NCBI GenBank assembly: GCA_036336835.1
Contig: JAYZFK010000080.1
Coordinates: 1-10,936, forward strand
From: Myxococcota bacterium
GTDB taxonomy: Bacteria > Myxococcota_A > UBA9160 > UBA4427
Direction: 5' to 3'
Length of the DNA stretch: 10,936 nt
Part shown: positions 1-6,000 of the stretch, piece after piece
Layout of the letters: the number at the start of each line of letters is the position of its first letter
Numbering within the stretch: the stretch's first letter is position 1
Notes under the pieces: model-generated
Told to the model about the DNA's origin: nothing
The model's database searches: none
What the model saw: the letters and a program-made list of their open reading frames with translations, nothing else
Translations under genes and position numbers: made by a program

Positions 1-1
1 G

Positions 2-3000
2 GACGGGACCATCATCTCGAACCAGGCCTTCGTCAGTGCCCTCGGCGGCGGCGTGGTGGATCAGCCGTCCGACGATCCGGACACCCCGATCCCCGACGAC
101 CCGACGCGCGACGTGGTCGGCAACGCGCCGCTGCTGTTCGCGCCGAAGAGCGCCGTGATCGGCGTCGACGGCGGCTCGCCGGGCATCGTCGATCCGCTCG
201 ACACCCTCCACTACACGATCACCGTCTACAACGACGGCGCCGTCCCGGCGACCGCCGCGACGCTGATCGACGCGGTGCCCGCCAACACGACCTGGGTGGC
301 CGACTCGCTGACCTTGAACGGCCTGCCGGTGGGCGTGCCCGACGCGGGGCTGTCGCCGCTCGCGTCCGGGATCCCGATCCAGTCGTCCGATCTCACGCCG
401 CCGCTGCCCGGGCCGGGTGGCGGAGTGCTGAATCCCGGCGAGTCCGCCGTGATCGAGTTCGATCTGCAGGTCGCGGCCGGAACGCCGACCGGCACGCTGA
501 TTACGAACCAGGCCGTGGTCGGGAGCGCGGAGTCCGCAAACCTGCTGACCGACGGCGACGGCAACGCCGCCACGGGCCCGGAGCCGACGATCGTGCTGGT
601 CGGCGCTGGTCAGCAGCTGGCGATCACCAAGCAGCTGGCGGTGGTCGGCGGCGGCGCCGCGCTGGCGGGCGGCGAGCTCGAATACGTGGTGCGCATCACC
701 AACCTCGCGACGGTTGCTGCGCAGAGCGTCGTGATCACCGACGATCTCGACGCGCCGTTGGCGGGACAGCTGCAGTACGTCGCCGGCTCGGGGACGCTCG
801 ACGGCCTTCCGGCCGGTGTGGTGCTGGTCGGCTCGGTACTGACGGCCGACTACTCGGCGCTCTACGGGCCGCTCGAGCCCGGCGCGTCGGCGGTGCTGCG
901 CTTCCGCGCGGCCATCGATGCGGGACTGGCGATCGGTACCACGATTGCGAATACGGGCGTCGTCACCTGGAATACGCCGCTGCAGACCGCGAGCGCGGGC
1001 GTCTCGATCGACGTCGGCGGCATGCCGGGCGTGGGCCTGCTGAACGGCACGGTCTGGCACGACGCGGACTTCGACGACGCGCTCGGCACCAGCGAGCTCG
1101 TGCTCCAGGGCTGGACCGTCGAGCTGCTGCGCGACGGCACGAGTGTGCAGACGGTGCTGACCGACGCCGCCGGTCTCTGGGCCATGGGCGGGCTCGCGCC
1201 GAACCAGCTGAGCGGGGAGCAGTACGCCCTGCGCTTCCGCGGCCCCGGCGCCGGGACCGGCAGTGCGGCGCTCGGTCTCGCCGACTCGGCCTTCACCAAC
1301 GAGCTGCAGGAGATCACCGATCTGATCGTGGGCTCGGGAGCGAACCTGCTCGATCTCAACCTGCCGATCGACCCGAACGGTGTGGTCTACGGCGCGCTGG
1401 GCCGCTCGCCGGTCGCGGGGGCGACGCTCACGATGCTGGCCGCGGGCACCGGCACGGCGCTGCCCTCGAGCTGCTTCGACGACCCGGTGCAGCAGGGCCA
1501 GGTGACGCGCAGCGACGGCTACTACAAGTTCGACCTCAACTTCTCGGACGCGGCCTGCTCGAGCGGCGCCGGCTACAGCATCGCGCTGACGGCGCCGAGC
1601 GCCTTCGAGGACGGCGAGTCCGAGATCATCCCGCCCCAGTCTGCTCCCGCGACGCCTTTCTCCGTACCGACCTGCCCGGGGAGCCCGAACGACGCGCTGC
1701 CGGCGACTGCGCAGCACTGCGAGGTGCAGGCCTCGGCGCTCGCACCGCCGCTGTCGGTGCCGGCTCGTGCGCCCGAGACCGACTACCAGACGTACTTCGT
1801 GTTCGACGCCAGCGCGCCGCCCGGCTCGAGCCAGCTCTTCAACAACCACATCCCGCTCGATCCGCTGATCGCCGGCAACATCGCGATCACCAAGACGACG
1901 CCCTCGCGCGACGTGAGCCGCGGCGACCTCGTGCCCTACGAGATCACCGTGCGCAACGATCTCGCGGTTCCGATCCCCGATCTCACGATCGTCGACAGCT
2001 TCCCGGCCGGCTTCCGCTACATCGAGGGCTCCGGGCGGATCGACGGCGTCCCGACCGAGCCGACGCTCGACGCGACCGGCCGCCAGCTCATCTGGACCGA
2101 CGTCGGCATCGACGGCTCGAGTAATCGCAGCGCCGTGCTGCTGCTGGCAGTCGGAGCAGGCGTCAGCGACGGGAAATTCACCAACCGCGCGCAGGCTGTG
2201 AGCAGCGTGACCGGCAATGCGCTCTCGGGCGAGGCGACCGCCACGGTGCGCGTGGTGCCCGACCCGACGTTTGCCTGCACCGATGTGATCGGCAAGGTGT
2301 TCGACGATACGAACCGCAACGGCACGCAGGACCGCGGCGAGCGCGGCCTGCCGGGCACGCGGCTCGTCACCGCGCGCGGGCTCGTCGCGACGACCGACCC
2401 GTACGGCCGCTTCCACATCACGTGCGCCGTGGTGCCGAACGAGAAGCGCGGCAGCAACTTCATCCTGAAGCTCGACGACCGTTCGCTGCCGACCGGCTAC
2501 CGGCTGTCGACGCCCGCTGCGCAGGTCAAGCGCGCGACGGCCGGCAAGGCGCTCCGCTTCAGCTTCGGCGCATCGATCCATCGCGTGGTGGGCCTCGATC
2601 TCGCGGATGCGGTCTTCGAGCCCGGCACCACCGTGATGCGCGAGCAGTGGGTGCCGCGCCTCGAGCTGCTGATTGATCAGCTGGCCCAGCCGGTGGACTC
2701 GGCGGACTCGGCGAACTCCGCGCACTCGGCGGCGACGCTGCGCCTGTCCTATGTGGCTGACGTCGAGGAGGCGGGGCTCGTCGACCGACGGATCGCGGCG
2801 GTCAAGCTCGAGCTGGGCCGGCGCTGGCAGGAGCGCGATGGCGACGAGCTCGAGGTCGAGACCCGGGTGTACTGGCGCCGCGGCGCGCCGGCGGGCGGAT
2901 CGGTGCTGGACGGCGGGCTGCTCTCCACGCTCACCGCGCCCTTCCGGTCGGAAGCGACGCGCGAGGTCGATGCGGGCACTGCCACCGAGCAGCAGCTGCC

Positions 3001-6000
3001 GCCGGACGCCTTCACGCCCTGGACCCAGGATCCCGAGCGGCTGGCGCGCGAACACGGCGACCGGATCGAGGAGCGCGTCGTCGAGACCGAGCAGGCCGAG
3101 ACCGTGAAGCTCACCGACATGGTTCCGCCGATCCGCTTCGAATCCGGAGTGGCTCAGATTCCGGCGGGCACGGTCGCGGCGCTGCGCGGCGTGCTCGAGA
3201 GCATGCAGGATCTCCCGAATGTGCGGGTGCACCTGGTGGGCCACGCCGACAATCAGCCCCTGTCCGCCGCGCTCGCCGCCGTCTATGGCGACAACGAGGG
3301 ACTGTCGCACGAGCGCGCGGGCGAGGTGGCCGAGTACCTGCAGGCGGCGCTCGCGCTGCCGCCTGAGGCGATCTCGTTCGCCTACGCCGGTGATGACGAG
3401 CCGGTCGCGAGCAACGTGACCGAGTCGGGCCGCGCGCAGAACCGCCGCGTCGAGGTCGAGGTCTGGTACGACGAGAAGCATAGGGCGCTCGCGGTCGAGG
3501 AGATCGTCGTCGCCGAGGACATCAAGCGCGTCAAGGTCTGCCGCACCGAGACGGTCTGCAAGCTGCGCTACCACGAGGGGCACGAGCGGCGGGCGCGCAT
3601 CCGCAACCTGATCTCGCCGCTCCAGATCGGCGAAGACACGGCTAGCGTGTCCGACGACTTCGTGCTCCGGGTGCGCCAGGTGCTCGACAACCTGAGCGAC
3701 AAGCGCAACGTGTCGGTCAAGCTGATCGGCTACACCGACGACGCGCCCCTCGAGGGTCGCGCCGCGCGCATCTACGGCACGCATCTCGCGCTGTCGAAGG
3801 CGCGCGCGCACCGTGTGGCTCGCACGATCCAGGACCGGCTCGAGCTGCCGACGGCCGCCGTCGCGAGCGACGGGCGCGGCAGCGCGACGCCGCTGGTGTC
3901 GAACGACACGGAGTCCGGGCGCTGGCAGAACCGCCGCGTCGAGGTCGAGTTCTGGTACGACGATCCGCTCCAGGAGCTGTCCGACGAGCTGCAGACGTGT
4001 CCGGATCCCGGCGAGGCCGAGATCGTGACGAAGGTCTACGATCCGCCGTGGGGTCGGATCGAGCTGGTCGCGATCGAGAGCGGTGAGCCGCGCGTCCCGG
4101 TGGGCTATGCCGATACCCTGCGCCGAGCGATGGACGACGTCGCGGACCGCGAGAACGTCCGTCTGCGCTTCGTCGGCTACACGCGCAACGAGCGGCTGGA
4201 TCGGCGCACGGCCGGTGTCTACGGCGACGACATCGGGCTCTCCGCCGCGCGCGCGCGCCGGACCATGGAGCAGCTGCGCGGCGAGCTCGGGCTGGCGGAG
4301 GCGCAGGTCGAGCACGAAGGCCGCGGCTACGTCCACTCGAACGACGTGGTGAACGGCGGCTTCGTGCAGGGCGACACCGACCACGTTGCCGTGCAGGTGG
4401 TCTACGACGAGCGCGCGGCGTTCGACGGCCTCGACGGCATCGACGTCGTGCCGATCACCCGCGAGCTGCGCGCAAAGGATCCGCTGGCGCTCAACCTGAT
4501 GCACATCACCGTCGACGGCGAGCCGATCGACGATCCGGGCCGCAGCTCGGCCGACATCCAGCGCTGCACGGACGTCGCGCTCGAGAGCGCCGACATCCGC
4601 TTCGAGTTCGACGACCTCGACGCCGGACCCCGGCTGAGCGTCACGTCTCAGGCGGGCGCCGTCGCCGTGCCGGCTTCGCCGCTGGGCGCGGGCAGCGGTG
4701 GCGCGGCGGGCGTCGCAGGTGTCCCCGGGGCTGCGGCGACAGCGACCGGTGCGGGCGTGGACTTCCAGATGTACAGCAACTACGGGCACTTCATCGAGCG
4801 CTCGGAGGTGCGGATCTTCGAGCGGGGCCAGTCGTCGAAGGCCGAGCCGATCGCCGTCGTCGAGGTGGGGCCCGGCGGCGCGGCGCGCTGGCGGCCGGAG
4901 CCCGAGCACTTCGCCTCGCCCGTGCGCGATCTCGCCTTCGTGCTGCGCGCCTACGACGCGGCGGGGCACTTCGACGAGACGGCGCCGCAGGTGCTGTGGC
5001 TGATCCATGGGACTCCCGATGCCAATGCCGACGCGGCCGCGGAGCTGCGCGACGGCCTGCCGACCGCGCCCAACCCGCTGCTGGGCGGCTACGGCGAGAG
5101 CGGTCCGCTGCACCGCAGCATCCCGCTCGGCGGCGCGGGCACGGTCCAGGTGCACGGCAGTGGTGTCCCGCCGAACCACACCGTGTGGCTGGCCGGCACG
5201 CCGGTTGCCGTGGACGAGTACGGCAACTTCGTGGCCGAGGCCGTGCTGCCCGCGGGCCTGCACACGGTCGAGGTGGCGGTGCTCGACTCCGCCGGCAACG
5301 GTGAGCTCTTCCTGCGCGATCTCGAGCTCGAGCGCGACGACTGGTTCTACGTCGGCATCGCCGATCTCACGCTCGCGACCGGCAAGACGAGCGGCGCGGA
5401 GGAGGCGCTGCAGGGTCAGGACGCGACCTTCGACCCCGACTCGAAGGCCGACGGCCGGCTCGCCTTCTTCGTGAAGGGCCGTTTCAGCGGATTCGGTGAA
5501 GACTGGAAGCTCACAGCGCACGCCGACACGCGCGAGGGGCCGGTCAAGGACCTGTTCAAGGACTTCGTCGACAAGACGCCCGAGGCGCTGTTCCGCCGCA
5601 TCGACCCGGATCGCTTCTATCCGACGTTCGGCGATGACGGCACGGTCGAAGAGGGCGCGCCGACCTCGGGCAAGTTCTTCGTCAAGCTCGACAATCGCGA
5701 GAATCACGCGATGTGGGGCAACTTCAAGGTCGGCTATCTCGCCAACGAGCTGGCCCACGTCGATCGCGGCCTGTACGGCGCGAACGCCCACTACCAGAGC
5801 GTGGGGACGACCCGCTTCGGCGAGCAACGCCTCGCGCTCGACGGCTTCGCCGCGCAGCCGGGCACCATGCCGAGTCGCGAGGAGTTCCGCGGCACCGGTG
5901 GCTCGCTCTACTACCTGCGCGTGCAGGACGTGCTGGAGGGCTCCGAGCGGCTGCGCATCGAGGTGCGCGACAAGGACTCGGGTCTGGTGACCGGCGTGGT

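Noticed and set aside
53..55. GTG start of the giant ORF as given in the ORF track
   Set aside because: The frame is open to the window edge, upstream residues continue a DUF11 repeat, and no signal peptide follows; the gene starts outside the window.
1919..1927. RGD tripeptide as an integrin-binding motif
   Set aside because: It occupies the usual x-G-D position of the DUF11 consensus before the Y-x-I strand and is expected by chance in a long GC-rich ORF.
3122..3958. Flagellar motor MotB or T6SS TssL assignment for the OmpA-like domains
   Set aside because: No inner-membrane helix or flagellar/T6SS context; the domains are embedded in an outer-membrane barrel protein.
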